Made by a program: the position numbers and the translations under genes
Assembly: GCA_050633305.1 (NCBI GenBank)
Contig: JBOEGF010000024.1
Location: forward strand, 256,001-320,000
DNA length: 64,000 bases
Source of the DNA: Nannocystales bacterium
GTDB lineage: Bacteria > Myxococcota_A > Polyangia > Nannocystales > Nannocystaceae
Direction: 5' to 3'
Notes under the pieces: model-generated
Told to the model about the DNA's origin: nothing
What the model saw: the letters and a program-made list of their open reading frames with translations, nothing else
The model's database searches: none
Part shown: piece after piece, positions 38,744-48,866 of the stretch
Layout of the letters: each line of letters starts with the position of its first letter
Position numbering within the stretch: position 1 is the stretch's first letter

Positions 38744-39319
38744 CTACTCGGCCGGAGTCGGTTCGCTCTCGGACTCGGCTTCGTCTCCGCTGCATCGCTC
38801 GAACAGGGCCTCGCATTCGGCGGAGATCAGGAAGTCGGACTCATCGGGGTAGTCCCCGGCCGCGAAGCGCTCGCAGGTGGTCGCTTTTGCGGCGCGGTCG
38901 AGCAGTCGTGCGGTCTCTTCGAAACACGACGAGAACTCTCCTACGGTGGCTCCGCAGGCTTCGACATCCTCGAAGCTGCACTGGAGGTCCTCGTCTTCGA
39001 ACTCAATCTCCGAAGGCTCAGACAAGCACGTGTCTCGGGCGGCTTTACACGCGGCGACGTCGAACGACCCATCGTCACCGACCGCTGCGGTGATTCCCTC
39101 GCTGTTGCACAGCAGCGTGGGCAGATCGTCACCGACCACCTCGCTCGCCCAGTCGGTCGCCTCTTCGCAGAAGGTCTGCTGCTCGTCCTCGTCCAATTCG
39201 TCGATCGGCTTGGACTCTGGCACCGAGGTGGGCTCGAACGTGGGCTCGCTCGTCTCGTCGTCACAGGCGGTCAACGAAAAAGCCAGAAGGCCGGAAACGA
39301 ATAAGGACAGGCGAGTCAC
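38744..39319 (-). CDS. Cys-rich acidic lipoprotein
   Basis: LTAC lipobox; about 10 Cys; myxobacterial-type CGATVGEFSSC segment. Start uncertain. Confidence 0.7.
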   Translation of the reverse strand: MTRLSLFVSGLLAFSLTACDDETSEPTFEPTSVPESKPIDELDEDEQQTFCEEATDWASEVVGDDLPTLLCNSEGITAAVGDDGSFDVAACKAARDTCLSEPSEIEFEDEDLQCSFEDVEACGATVGEFSSCFEETARLLDRAAKATTCERFAAGDYPDESDFLISAECEALFERCSGDEAESESEPTPAE

Positions 39320-39457
39320 GACACAAGTGGACGACAGGGCGCGGAGCCCATTCAAGACAACTCGCGGGAGTGTTCAAGGAGCCGTCCAGCCTACGACTTC
39401 GGCGTACATGGGGTTCTCCGCCGCGTACGCTCCAGTCACGGTTGCCCGGGTGCGAGG

Positions 39458-41554
39458 CTAGCTCTCCGGCTCGAATGACTTGATCTTGGAGAGGAACGCG
39501 GAGGCCATGTCGTCCATCGCATCGGAGGTCATCTCTTCCTCGGAGTCGATGTCGTAGACCTCGATGCCGTCTTCGGGGAGCTCTTCGATGAACCGGCTCG
39601 GCTCGCGGGTGACCGTGCGTCCTCGTTCGACGCGGTTCTTGCTGCGACAAAGCCACAGTGTGTCGCGAGCACGGGTGATTCCGACGTAGAACAGGCGTCG
39701 TTCCTCCTCGATGTCGCCCGCGATGGCGTCGCTGGCACGCGGGGCGGAGACACGGCGGTGGGGGAGAACACCCTCCTCGATACCGATGATGAAGACGTAG
39801 GGCCACTCCAGGCCCTTGCAGCTATGAAGCGTGGCGAGGGAGACCTGGCCCTTCCGCTTTGCCTCCTCCTCTTGCTCCTTGTCCTTGTCCTTGTCGTCGT
39901 TGCTGTCGAGCTGGACCATGCCGAAGTACTCGGCCCAGCGCGGTCGCTTGTCTTGCTGCCGCATCCGCTCTTCGTAGCGACCGATGCTCCCTTTGAGCCA
40001 CTCCACGCCTTTGAGCCGGGCGGCCGCGGCGTCGTCGTTCCCGATCTCTTTCTTGACGTGGTCGGTGAACCCGACGGTGTTGAGCACGTACTCGAGTGCA
40101 GAGGCGGCACTGCGCTGTTCTCGGGCGCGAATCTGGGCGCTGCGGATCATCTTCGAGAACCGCTCCAGGCCCTCTCGTCCGCGCGCGCTGATGCCCTCGA
40201 TCTGGTCGGCCCGGTGAACCGCCTCGAGCATCGACACCTTGTTCTCCCGTGCATAGCTGGACAGCTTGCCCATGCTGATCCGCCCGATCCCCCGCGCCGG
40301 AGTCTCCAGGGCACGGCGCACCGCGAGCTCGTCCCGCGGGGTCAGGATGGTCTTGAGGTACGCGAGCGCGTCCTTGACTTCCTTCTTGTCGTACACCGAC
40401 TGGCCGCCGAGGACCCGGTACTGGATGCCGTGCTGCTGGAGTTCTTCCTCGATCGACTTTGCTTGCAGCGAGGACCGATACAGCACCGCGATGTCGTTCG
40501 GAGAGACGCCTTGTTCGACGACCAGCGTGCGGATCTTCTTGCCCACCCACTGCGACTCTTGGGGGCCGTCGGTGGCCACCACCATGTGCACGGGCTCGGT
40601 ACCCCCACGGGTCGGGATGAGGGTCTTGTCGTGGCGGGTCTTGTTGTGTGCGACGACGACGTTGGCGCAGTGGAGGATCGGCGTCCGGCACCGGTAGTTC
40701 TCCTCCAGCTTGACCACAGTGGTGCCTTCGAACATCTGGTCGAAGCTCAAGATGTTCTCAACCTTCGCACCACGCCAACCGTAGATCGCCTGGTCGTCGT
40801 CCCCGACCACGCACAGGTTGTGCGGCGGGCGGCTGAGCTGCCGCAGAAGCTCCAGCTGAGCGTCGTTGGTGTCCTGGTACTCGTCGACCATCAGATAGTC
40901 GAACTGGTTGCGCCAGCGCTCTCGCACGTCGGGTTTCTCGGCGAGAGTTCGGGCGACCAGACACACCAGGTCGTCGAAGTCTACGGCGCCGAGGGTTCGC
41001 AGCCGGTCTTCGTAGGCCGGGTAGATCGATGCGGCGACGACGTCATACTCGTCGATGATCTGGGCCTCCGCGGCCTCGAGCGTGAACGGAATGAAGGCGT
41101 TCTTCCACAGGCTGATCCGCTGTGCGATCGCCGGGAGGTCAAAGCGGCGCTCGACACCCGCTCCGTGATGTCCGTGCTCTCGCATCAACGCGCGGACGAT
41201 GCCGAAGACGTCGCCCTGGTCGAGGATCGAGAAGCGTGCGGAGGGGAGGCCGAAACCGTCGGGGTCGAGTCGGAGCAGACGCGCTCCCAGACTGTGAAAC
41301 GTTGCGAGCAGCACTTCGCTCGCGACACTGTTGCCGACCATTCCCCCGAGGCGTTCCCGCATTTCGCCGGCGGCCTTGTTGGTGAACGTCAGGCCCACGA
41401 TGCGGTCGGGCGGAACGCCGAGCCCGATGAGGTTCTGCATCCGGTGCGTAATGACGCGGGTCTTGCCGGACCCCGCGCCCGCCAGCACGAGCAGCGGCCC
41501 GTCGATGGTCACGACCGCAGCACGCTGACTTGGGTTGAGATGGCTCAGGTCCAT
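39458..41554 (-). CDS. UvrD/Rep-family ATP-dependent DNA helicase
   Basis: LNPSQ, AGAGSGKT, TFTNKAA, VDEYQDTN, VGDDDQAIYGWRGA, LEENYR, TLHSCKGLEW and EERRLFYVGITRA motifs. Confidence 0.95.
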   Translation of the reverse strand: MDLSHLNPSQRAAVVTIDGPLLVLAGAGSGKTRVITHRMQNLIGLGVPPDRIVGLTFTNKAAGEMRERLGGMVGNSVASEVLLATFHSLGARLLRLDPDGFGLPSARFSILDQGDVFGIVRALMREHGHHGAGVERRFDLPAIAQRISLWKNAFIPFTLEAAEAQIIDEYDVVAASIYPAYEDRLRTLGAVDFDDLVCLVARTLAEKPDVRERWRNQFDYLMVDEYQDTNDAQLELLRQLSRPPHNLCVVGDDDQAIYGWRGAKVENILSFDQMFEGTTVVKLEENYRCRTPILHCANVVVAHNKTRHDKTLIPTRGGTEPVHMVVATDGPQESQWVGKKIRTLVVEQGVSPNDIAVLYRSSLQAKSIEEELQQHGIQYRVLGGQSVYDKKEVKDALAYLKTILTPRDELAVRRALETPARGIGRISMGKLSSYARENKVSMLEAVHRADQIEGISARGREGLERFSKMIRSAQIRAREQRSAASALEYVLNTVGFTDHVKKEIGNDDAAAARLKGVEWLKGSIGRYEERMRQQDKRPRWAEYFGMVQLDSNDDKDKDKEQEEEAKRKGQVSLATLHSCKGLEWPYVFIIGIEEGVLPHRRVSAPRASDAIAGDIEEERRLFYVGITRARDTLWLCRSKNRVERGRTVTREPSRFIEELPEDGIEVYDIDSEEEMTSDAMDDMASAFLSKIKSFEPES

Positions 41555-41650
41555 CGGACGCTGTCTTGTACGCGGGCCCAGAGGCGCCAGCAACCCACTG
41601 CGGACACCGGCCTCGCACGGGTGGGTGGCAGCGAGTCCGGGGCCGAGAAC

Positions 41651-42325
41651 TCAGCCGCGCGGTCGCCACGGCCCGGGCAGGGCGTCGAACGCCAAACCGA
41701 AACCGAGCATGAAGGTGACCAGCGTGCGGCGGTCCGTGGTGCCGTCGGGAAACGAGCGTTGGGAGGATGGCCCAAACATTGGGCCGCCCCAAAGCTCGAT
41801 TCGCATGCGTTCGGCGACTGCCTTTCGAAAGCCGATGCTCAGCATTCCCGCGTGGTTTCCCCACCGGGCACGTGCGACATCGTCTTCGAAGAACGGAGGC
41901 GTGAAGCTGTCGTCGCCGAACGCATGAAGGCCGATGTACTCGGCGCGTCCGAAGATTCGGCGGCCGTAGGCTCCGAGCCCGAGCGCCCCGCCGAGCGCCC
42001 CACCGAAGACCTTGTCCTTCGCTGCATTGCCCACGACCCAGGGGCGCACGCTGACCGAGAACACGCTGGCGAGGCGAAGTCGCACCTCGATGCTGGTTCC
42101 GACGCCGAAAAATCCGCCGCGGGTTTCACAGGAGGCGTCTTCGGATCGGCACTCCTGGTTGCCGACCGCATGAGGCCCGATCATCGCGGCACCGGCGATG
42201 GTGATGCGAGGGTTCTGCGCCGCGGCTTGTTTCGCAGCCGTCGGGACTTCCGGCTCGTGCGCGACGGATGGCTCTGTGGTGAGCCAGACGAAGGCAGCGA
42301 GGGAGACCAGGCCCATGCCACTCAT
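41651..42325 (-). CDS. Hypothetical secreted or outer-membrane beta-barrel-like protein
   Basis: C-terminal 224 aa of ORF 41651..43495; amphipathic Gly/aromatic strands; ATGA overlap with the upstream gene. Confidence 0.55.
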   Translation of the reverse strand: MSGMGLVSLAAFVWLTTEPSVAHEPEVPTAAKQAAAQNPRITIAGAAMIGPHAVGNQECRSEDASCETRGGFFGVGTSIEVRLRLASVFSVSVRPWVVGNAAKDKVFGGALGGALGLGAYGRRIFGRAEYIGLHAFGDDSFTPPFFEDDVARARWGNHAGMLSIGFRKAVAERMRIELWGGPMFGPSSQRSFPDGTTDRRTLVTFMLGFGLAFDALPGPWRPRG

Positions 42326-43308
42326 GGTGCCGCGGTGGGGCCACGGAGGCCAGGGCGCAACGCGTGCGGAAGCGGGGCGCCGCGGACGCCTGCGAGCACG
42401 TTGTCGACCGCGAGGGCAGCCATCCGTCGTCGGGTTGCCTCCGTCGCGGAGCCGATGTGTGGCGAAATGAGCACCTGCGGCAAGCTGTACAGCGGATGTG
42501 TGGGAGGCAGCGGCTCGGGGTCCGTGACGTCGAGGGCGGCCCGGCTCAGCGTCCCGCGCTGCAGGGCGGTCACGAGTGCATCGGTGTCCACGATGCCCCC
42601 TCGCGCCGTGTTGACGAGCAGCGCGGTCGGCTTCATCTGCTCGAACTCCGCCGCGCTCAACAGACCTCGAGTCGAGGGCGTGAGGGGCACATGGACCGAG
42701 ACCACATCGGAGCAAGACAGCAGGGCATTCAGCTCCACCTGCTGGGCCCCGGGGACCACGGGCGGAACGTCGCGATGGTGGGTGAAGACAATGCGCATCC
42801 CGAATGCTTGTGCGCGGGTGGCGACGGCAGTCCCGATCTTGCCCGGCCCGATGATGCCCAGCGTCGCACCGGACAGCTCCAGGCCAAGCCATTTCGTGGG
42901 CGACCAGGGCCCCCACCGACCCTCGGCCGCGTCGTGGCAGGCTGACGACAACTGGCGTGCTCCGGCCAGAATCAGGGCGAGGGTGAGGTCGGCGGTCGCA
43001 TCGGTCAGCACCCCCGGCGTGTGGCCGAGCGCGATGTCCCGCTCGGCGCAAGCCTGAAGGTCGATGTTGTCGGTCCCCACCGCCATGTTGCTGACGACCC
43101 GGAGGTTGGGTGCGCGATCGAGGAACGCCGCGTCGACCCGCTGGGTCAGCAGGGTGAGGACACCGTCCGCGTCCTCGAGTGCAGCCTCGACCTCGGGCAC
43201 GAGCGAGAGCGCCTCCGGGGGTCCCTCGACGACATCGGCCGCGGCGTACAACGGTTCCATCCAGTCCCGCGGCAGCCCACGCGGAAGAACGATGCGGTGC
43301 CGAGTCAT
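42322..43308 (-). CDS. D-2-hydroxyacid dehydrogenase (glyoxylate/hydroxypyruvate reductase-like)
   Basis: AVGTDNID, TPGVLTDATAD, GPGKIG, NTARGGIVD, LDVTDPEP and PHIGSAT motifs. Confidence 0.9.
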   Translation of the reverse strand: MTRHRIVLPRGLPRDWMEPLYAAADVVEGPPEALSLVPEVEAALEDADGVLTLLTQRVDAAFLDRAPNLRVVSNMAVGTDNIDLQACAERDIALGHTPGVLTDATADLTLALILAGARQLSSACHDAAEGRWGPWSPTKWLGLELSGATLGIIGPGKIGTAVATRAQAFGMRIVFTHHRDVPPVVPGAQQVELNALLSCSDVVSVHVPLTPSTRGLLSAAEFEQMKPTALLVNTARGGIVDTDALVTALQRGTLSRAALDVTDPEPLPPTHPLYSLPQVLISPHIGSATEATRRRMAALAVDNVLAGVRGAPLPHALRPGLRGPTAAP

Positions 43309-44456
43309 GAGAACGCCAGAGCGAGGTCGCAGACGTTGGTGCCGGTCGGGCCTGGCCGTAGCAGGTCGTCCAAGGCGTCGAACACCGCGTAGCTGTCGTT
43401 GCGACGCAAGTGATCGTCGGGATCGAGCCCCCGTTCGAGCGCACGAAGGACGGTGGTCCCGTCGACCGCCGCTCCGGCTGCGTCGGTGGAACCATCTTCG
43501 CCGTCGGTTGCGAGGGAGACGAGGAGTGCGTGGGGGTTGCTCATCAGTGCGGGGGCGGCCGAAAGCGCGAACTCCTGGTTGCGACCGCCCTGGCCGTCGC
43601 CGCGAACCGTGACAACGGTCTCCGCCCCAGCGAGTGTGCATCGGACGGCATCGGTGGGTGGTGCCATCATCCGCTTCTGCGCCCAGCGGGCCCCCTCGAC
43701 TCGGGCTTCACGGCGCATGGGGAGCGTGACTTCAACCTCCGCGCCGAGTGCCCGGGCTGCGCTGGCTGCAGCCTCGACGGCACGGGCATTGTCCGCGAGC
43801 AGATGGGACTGCACGCGAGCATCATCGAAGGGCCCCGAGCCCACGATGTGCGGGTTGGCATCGAGGACATCGGAGAGCACGACAACGTGCACCGTGACGC
43901 CCTTGGGGATGGCGCGCGCCAAACCGCCGCCTTTGATCCGACTCCCACGACGTCGCGCTCGGTTCAACGCTTCAATCGGTGTGCCGTCACGCAACCGGGC
44001 CTCGGTCATCGCGGTGATGTCGGCCAGCGAAATCCCTGCGACCGGGGCTTCGAGGAGTGCGGAGGAGCCCCCGCTGACCAACGCGATCACGGTGTCGCCG
44101 GGCTCGGCCATGGCCGCCGCCTCCAGCATTGCGGCGCCAGCTTCGAGACTCTGCTCGCCCGGGACGGGATGGTCGCCCAGGCACACGCGGATCCGGCCGA
44201 GTTCGGCCGTGTGCTTGACTACCGCCGTTCCCGAGAGCACTTGATCGTCGACGACGTCGAGGAGGCCTTGGGTCATGGCCGCCGCGGCCTTGCCCATCGA
44301 CAGCACGCGAATTCGCGGTGTGTCGTCGAGGTGCTGCCGAGCCCATGCGCGGGTCAATGCCCGGGGCTGGACTGCATCCAGGGCCGCCTGCATGACCTCG
44401 GTGGCCAACGAGCCCAACGGGTGTCGTGAGAGTGTGCCGCAGCGCCAGTGGGTCAT
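43305..44456 (-). CDS. Glycerate 2-kinase (DUF4147/MOFRL family)
   Basis: GKAAAAM, HPVP, SGGSSALL, SRIKGGGL, LSDV, GGRNQE, TDGEDG and GPTGTNVCD motifs. Confidence 0.9.
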   Translation of the reverse strand: MTHWRCGTLSRHPLGSLATEVMQAALDAVQPRALTRAWARQHLDDTPRIRVLSMGKAAAAMTQGLLDVVDDQVLSGTAVVKHTAELGRIRVCLGDHPVPGEQSLEAGAAMLEAAAMAEPGDTVIALVSGGSSALLEAPVAGISLADITAMTEARLRDGTPIEALNRARRRGSRIKGGGLARAIPKGVTVHVVVLSDVLDANPHIVGSGPFDDARVQSHLLADNARAVEAAASAARALGAEVEVTLPMRREARVEGARWAQKRMMAPPTDAVRCTLAGAETVVTVRGDGQGGRNQEFALSAAPALMSNPHALLVSLATDGEDGSTDAAGAAVDGTTVLRALERGLDPDDHLRRNDSYAVFDALDDLLRPGPTGTNVCDLALAFS

Positions 44457-44821
44457 GCTTGTCCCGGGGCGAGGGAGCGGCCCAGCCACAGCCCGGCGCC
44501 CACAGCCGCGAGTCCGAGCGCGACGTGCAGGAGAACGTGGGCCGCAAACACTCCGTAGCGGCCTTCTTGGGCGTGCGAGTACGTCAGCAGGCCGAATGCG
44601 CTGTAGGTCGTGAATCCGCCGAGTAGCCCGCCCAGAAGGATCGGGCGAAGGGAGCCCTCGGGGAGGACCGCCGCGCCAAGACCGATCGCGAGGCACCCGA
44701 TCGCGTTGACGACCAGGGTCCCCGCTGAGGGGAGCACGTTTTGCAGGCGTTCATCCAGCAAAGGTACCAGGGCGACGCGCAGCGCAGCTCCCGTGCCCCC
44801 GGCCAGGAAGACCCAGACCAT
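44453..44821 (-). CDS. crcB: Fluoride channel Fluc/CrcB
   Basis: GGTGAALR, GTLVVN and GGFTTYS motifs; 4 TM helices. Confidence 0.9.
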   Translation of the reverse strand: MVWVFLAGGTGAALRVALVPLLDERLQNVLPSAGTLVVNAIGCLAIGLGAAVLPEGSLRPILLGGLLGGFTTYSAFGLLTYSHAQEGRYGVFAAHVLLHVALGLAAVGAGLWLGRSLAPGQA

Positions 44822-44840
44822 GTCTCGAATGGACAGGCGA

Positions 44841-46619
44841 TCAGCTCCCGTAGAAGCCGTCGATGATGTCGGCGTACTTCTTGTTCACAACCTTGCGCTT
44901 GACCTTCATCGTGGGCGTCAGTTCGCCGCCTTCGATCGAAAGGTCCTGGGGAAGAATCGCGATCTTCTTGATGGTCTGGACGCGCGCGAGGTTGGCGTTG
45001 ACGCTCTCGACCTGCTTCATCATCCAGGCCTCGAGCGTCTCATCCTTCGCAGCCTCGGCCATGGTCTTGGCCGAGCTTCCCGCTTCCGCGAGAATCGAGT
45101 CGAGGCTGGTCTCGTCGAGGGTGAGGAGCGCACTGAGGTGTTTCTGCCGGTCTCCAACGACGACCGCCTGGGACACCGCGGGAATGCTCTTGAGGTGGCC
45201 CTCGATCATCTGCGGGGCGATGTTCTCGCCGCCGGCGGTGATCAGGATGTCCTTCTTGCGGTCGGTGATCTGCAGGAATCCGCGGTCGTCGAGCTCGCCG
45301 ATGTCTCCTGAGTGCAGCCAGCCGTCCTCGTCGAGTGCTTCGGCGGTGGCCTCGGGGTTCTTGAAGTAGCCCTTGAAGACGTGACGCCCCCGCATCAGGA
45401 CCTCACCGTCGTCGGCGATCTTGAGCTCGGTGCCGGGCAGCTTGGGGCCGACCTTGCCGGTGACGTAGTTTCCCGGCACCGAGACGGTCGCCGGACCCGT
45501 GCACTCCGACATGCCATACACCTCCATGATCGGTACGCCGAGGCTGAGGAAGAACTCCAACGTGGCCTTGCTGATCGGGGCGGCCGAGGTGATCTGAATC
45601 CGGGAGCGGTCGAGGCCAAGCTGCTCACGGACTTTCGTGAAGACGAGCTTGTTGGCCAAGCCAAAGAGCATGGGCCGGGGTTGCCCCTTCTGGTCGGCGT
45701 AGCCTCCGGAGAGTCCCTGGGTCCGAGCCCATGCGCCGATTTTCTTCTTGAGGCCGGTGTTGGCTGCGCCCGCTGCGGTGATCTTGGCCTGAATCTTCTC
45801 CCAAACCCGCGGGACAGCGAGGAAGAGGGTGGGTCGAAGCTCCTTGAGGTTGTCGCCGAGCTTGTCGATGCTCTCGGCAAACGCGGTGCACCCCTCGGTC
45901 ACCATCGGGCCGTGCAGACTCATGATCTGCTCAGCGATGTGTGAGAGCGGAAGGTAGCTGACGACCAAATCGCCCTCGGCGTAGCCCAGGGTGTCCAGTG
46001 CGGCCTTGGCCGTCCAGGTCATGTTGTCATGGGAGATCATCACGGCCTTGGGATTGCCCGTGGTTCCCGAGGTGTAGATGAACGTGCAGACGTCGTCGGG
46101 CGCTTGAGCGTCGATGCGAGCCTGAAGCTGCGCATCGTCCACATCCTTGCCTTTGTCCAAGAACTCGGGCCAGCCGTAGACGTCCTCGCGGCTGGAGTCG
46201 CCTCGCATCAGGATGAACGCTTTGACCTCGGGGAGCTGGTCGCGGACCTCGAGAAACTTCTCAAGCTGCTTGGCATCCTCGCAGATGACGAGCTGGGCCT
46301 CGCAGTGGCTGGTCACGTACTCGCATTGCTCCGGCGAACTCGTCGTGTAGATCCCGGCCGGGCGGGCTCCCGCGTAGATCGCTGCAACGTTGCCGACCAC
46401 CCACTGCGCGCAGTTGAACCCAATGATCGAGACTCCTTTGCCGGCCTCGAGTCCCAGGCCGATCATCGCCTTGGCTGCGAGTCGCACCTCGTCGCGATAC
46501 TCGCTCCAGGTCTTGGACTTCCACGCGCTGCCTTGCTTCCATCGGAGGGCGGGTTGGCCCTGCTGCCGCTCGGCAACACCCTCGAAAACTTCCATGACAG
46601 TTCGCTTAACCTCAGCCAT
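44841..46619 (-). CDS. Long-chain fatty-acid--CoA ligase
   Basis: YTSGTTGNPKAV, YLPLSHIAE, YGMSEC, GWLHSGD, DRKKD and GELTPTMK motifs. Confidence 0.92.
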   Translation of the reverse strand: MAEVKRTVMEVFEGVAERQQGQPALRWKQGSAWKSKTWSEYRDEVRLAAKAMIGLGLEAGKGVSIIGFNCAQWVVGNVAAIYAGARPAGIYTTSSPEQCEYVTSHCEAQLVICEDAKQLEKFLEVRDQLPEVKAFILMRGDSSREDVYGWPEFLDKGKDVDDAQLQARIDAQAPDDVCTFIYTSGTTGNPKAVMISHDNMTWTAKAALDTLGYAEGDLVVSYLPLSHIAEQIMSLHGPMVTEGCTAFAESIDKLGDNLKELRPTLFLAVPRVWEKIQAKITAAGAANTGLKKKIGAWARTQGLSGGYADQKGQPRPMLFGLANKLVFTKVREQLGLDRSRIQITSAAPISKATLEFFLSLGVPIMEVYGMSECTGPATVSVPGNYVTGKVGPKLPGTELKIADDGEVLMRGRHVFKGYFKNPEATAEALDEDGWLHSGDIGELDDRGFLQITDRKKDILITAGGENIAPQMIEGHLKSIPAVSQAVVVGDRQKHLSALLTLDETSLDSILAEAGSSAKTMAEAAKDETLEAWMMKQVESVNANLARVQTIKKIAILPQDLSIEGGELTPTMKVKRKVVNKKYADIIDGFYGS

Positions 46620-46682
46620 CGCCGCCGGAGCGTAGCAGGGAGACCGGAGCCCGTGGGAGCCGCACGGGCTATCCTCTCCGTC

Positions 46683-47405
46683 ATGGGCCGAGGAGCACAT
46701 CAGGCCGACACAACGCTGTTCTCGAACGCAATCGTGCCGACATTGCGTGAGGCTGTCGCGGACCTCGGTTGGTTGCTCGGCCGCGGCTACGTGGATCCCT
46801 CAGCCACAAAGCTGGTCGGGGACCGCTATCGCCTCCGTCAGCGGCAGCGGACGGCTGTGTCCCGCAGCGCGGCGGGTTCCGACAGCCTCCGCCTCCGGGC
46901 GGCCCGGGAGCGGGCGCCGGATGCTCTCGCACACAGCCGGCTCGCCATCGATGCGTTCAATGTCATCATCGGCGTGGAAACGGCGTTGGCTGGAGGCGTC
47001 CTGCTCCGCGGCGCAGACGGGGCCCTGCGAGATCTGTCGAGCGTGCACGGCAGTTACCGCCGCGTCGATGTCACCGAGACCGCCCTGGATGCGCTGTGCG
47101 CCACGGTGCGTCAATGGGGACCGGAAGGGGTGGTGTGGTTTGTGGATCGTCCGGTCTCCAACAGCGGACGCCTCGCCGGCTGGATTCGGGAGCGGGCGCC
47201 GGCCGGTGTGCAGTGGACGGTCGAGTTGCCCCATGATGCCGACGTGGCCGTCATCGAGTCAGGTGCCGTGGCGTGTAGCGCTGACGCTCGCATCCTGGAG
47301 CAGGCCCCCGGTTGGGCAAACCTGGTGTCCGCGACCGTGGCCGGGCATGTGCCACAGGCCTGGATCGTCGAGCTTCGCTCGGACGTGGCCGGCCTGGTAG
47401 GCTGA
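46683..47405 (+). CDS. DUF434 domain protein
   Basis: WLLGRGY, LVGDRYRL, IDAFNV, DGALRDL and DRPVSNSGRL motifs. Confidence 0.75.
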   Translation: MGRGAHQADTTLFSNAIVPTLREAVADLGWLLGRGYVDPSATKLVGDRYRLRQRQRTAVSRSAAGSDSLRLRAARERAPDALAHSRLAIDAFNVIIGVETALAGGVLLRGADGALRDLSSVHGSYRRVDVTETALDALCATVRQWGPEGVVWFVDRPVSNSGRLAGWIRERAPAGVQWTVELPHDADVAVIESGAVACSADARILEQAPGWANLVSATVAGHVPQAWIVELRSDVAGLVG

Positions 47406-47415
47406 CCCCCGACCC

Positions 47416-48204
47416 ATGCACGACGCTCTTCGGAGGCTTGGGCGCGTCTTTCTCACCGAGATTCGACGCGTCGTCTCATACGCGACGCTCACGGTCCTCA
47501 CCGTGGGGGCGGCGTTGCGGCCGTCTCGCCATTCCCGGGGGGTGGTCTGGACGCAGGCGGCGAGGCAGATCGTGTTCACCGGCGTCGAGGCGGTTCCTCT
47601 GGTCGCCTTCTTGGGGGCGGTCGGGGCGGCGGTGTTCGCCACGATGGCCTTCACCTTCTTCTCCGGTGCCGAGGAGAACAAGATGGTCGTCGATATCCTC
47701 GCTCGGCTGTTGGTCCGGGAGGTCGCCCCGCTGTCCACTGCGGTGGTCGTCGCGCTGCGGTCGGGCGCCGCGATCACGGTCGAGTTGGGGTCGATGAGCG
47801 CACGCGGTGAAGTGGAAGGCATCGAGACGGCCGGCATCGACCCCATCCGCTGGCTCCTGCTGCCGCGCTTCATCGGCATGGCGGTCGCAACCCTCGCTCT
47901 GACCATGGTGTTCGTCGCCTCCGTGTTCGGTGGTGCCTTCGTCGCGGCAGTGCACGCGGGGGCCCTGCCTCCACAACCGGGCGCGGCGCTTCCCTACCTC
48001 TTCGCGCTGCAACCCATCGACGTCGTGCTTGCGCTCGGCAAAGCCGGGTTGTTTGGCGTCGTTTCAGCGTCGGTCGCCTGCTATCACGGGCTGTCGGTTC
48101 GCGGGGACGTCACCGAGATCCCACGCCGAGTCGCGCGGGCGTTGGTCGAGATCCTCATCCATTGCTCCGCCCTCGCAGCCGTCTTTGCCTTGCTTGCGCT
48201 TTGA
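47416..48204 (+). CDS. MlaE-family ABC transporter permease
   Basis: REVAPL, RSGAAITVELGSM...E, GIDPIRWLLLPR and CYHGL motifs. Confidence 0.88.
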   Translation: MHDALRRLGRVFLTEIRRVVSYATLTVLTVGAALRPSRHSRGVVWTQAARQIVFTGVEAVPLVAFLGAVGAAVFATMAFTFFSGAEENKMVVDILARLLVREVAPLSTAVVVALRSGAAITVELGSMSARGEVEGIETAGIDPIRWLLLPRFIGMAVATLALTMVFVASVFGGAFVAAVHAGALPPQPGAALPYLFALQPIDVVLALGKAGLFGVVSASVACYHGLSVRGDVTEIPRRVARALVEILIHCSALAAVFALLAL

Positions 48205-48209
48205 CGTCG

Positions 48210-48866
48210 ATGACCCCTTCGATCGAGATTCGGGACCTGTGGGCCCAAGGCGTTGGGGCCGAGCTACAAGGGGTGTCGCTCAGCGTTGGTGCGGGCGAAC
48301 GCATCGCGGTTGTCGGACCCCATCAACCGAGCCTCAGCCTGCTGATACGGGCTTGCGCGGGCTTTGAGCGGGTCCTGCGGGGGCAGGTGGTGGTATGCGG
48401 GGTCGAGGTGGGCACGGCCGACCGTCGCTCGCTGTTGCAGTTGCGGCGGCTCCTGGGCTACGTCTCGATCTCCGGCGGGCTGCTGGCCAACATGACGATG
48501 CGGGACAACCTCGAACTGGCGCTGCGCTACCACGGGACCACGCAGTCCGATGCGGGCCGCGCTGTGCAGAGCGTCATTGCAGAGGCTGGCCTCGAGGCAT
48601 CCGCGGACATTCGCGCATGTTTGTTGCCGGCCGAGCTTTGCAAGTGTTTTGCGTACCTCCGAGCGTTGCTGCTCGAACCAGTGGCGCTGCTGGCCGAAGA
48701 CCCCAGCGCGTTCTTGCATCCCGAGGGCCGACAGATCGTCGCCCGCCTTCATGCGCAGGCCCAGGCGCGGGGCGTCACCGTCCTGGTCGCAGACGATGAC
48801 ATCGAGTTCGTGGAGCCGCTGGTCGACCGGGTTGTCGAGCTTGCGGCACTGGAGGCCGCGTCGTGA
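48210..48866 (+). CDS. MlaF-like ABC ATP-binding protein with degenerate motifs
   Basis: ABC fold (VSLSVGAGE, GLLANMTMRDNL, RALLLEP), but the Walker A, signature, Walker B and H-loop are all altered. Confidence 0.75.
   Translation: MTPSIEIRDLWAQGVGAELQGVSLSVGAGERIAVVGPHQPSLSLLIRACAGFERVLRGQVVVCGVEVGTADRRSLLQLRRLLGYVSISGGLLANMTMRDNLELALRYHGTTQSDAGRAVQSVIAEAGLEASADIRACLLPAELCKCFAYLRALLLEPVALLAEDPSAFLHPEGRQIVARLHAQAQARGVTVLVADDDIEFVEPLVDRVVELAALEAAS

Noticed and set aside
39758..43057. 1099-aa + strand ORF
   Set aside because: Antisense to the helicase and dehydrogenase genes; a stop-poor mirror frame.
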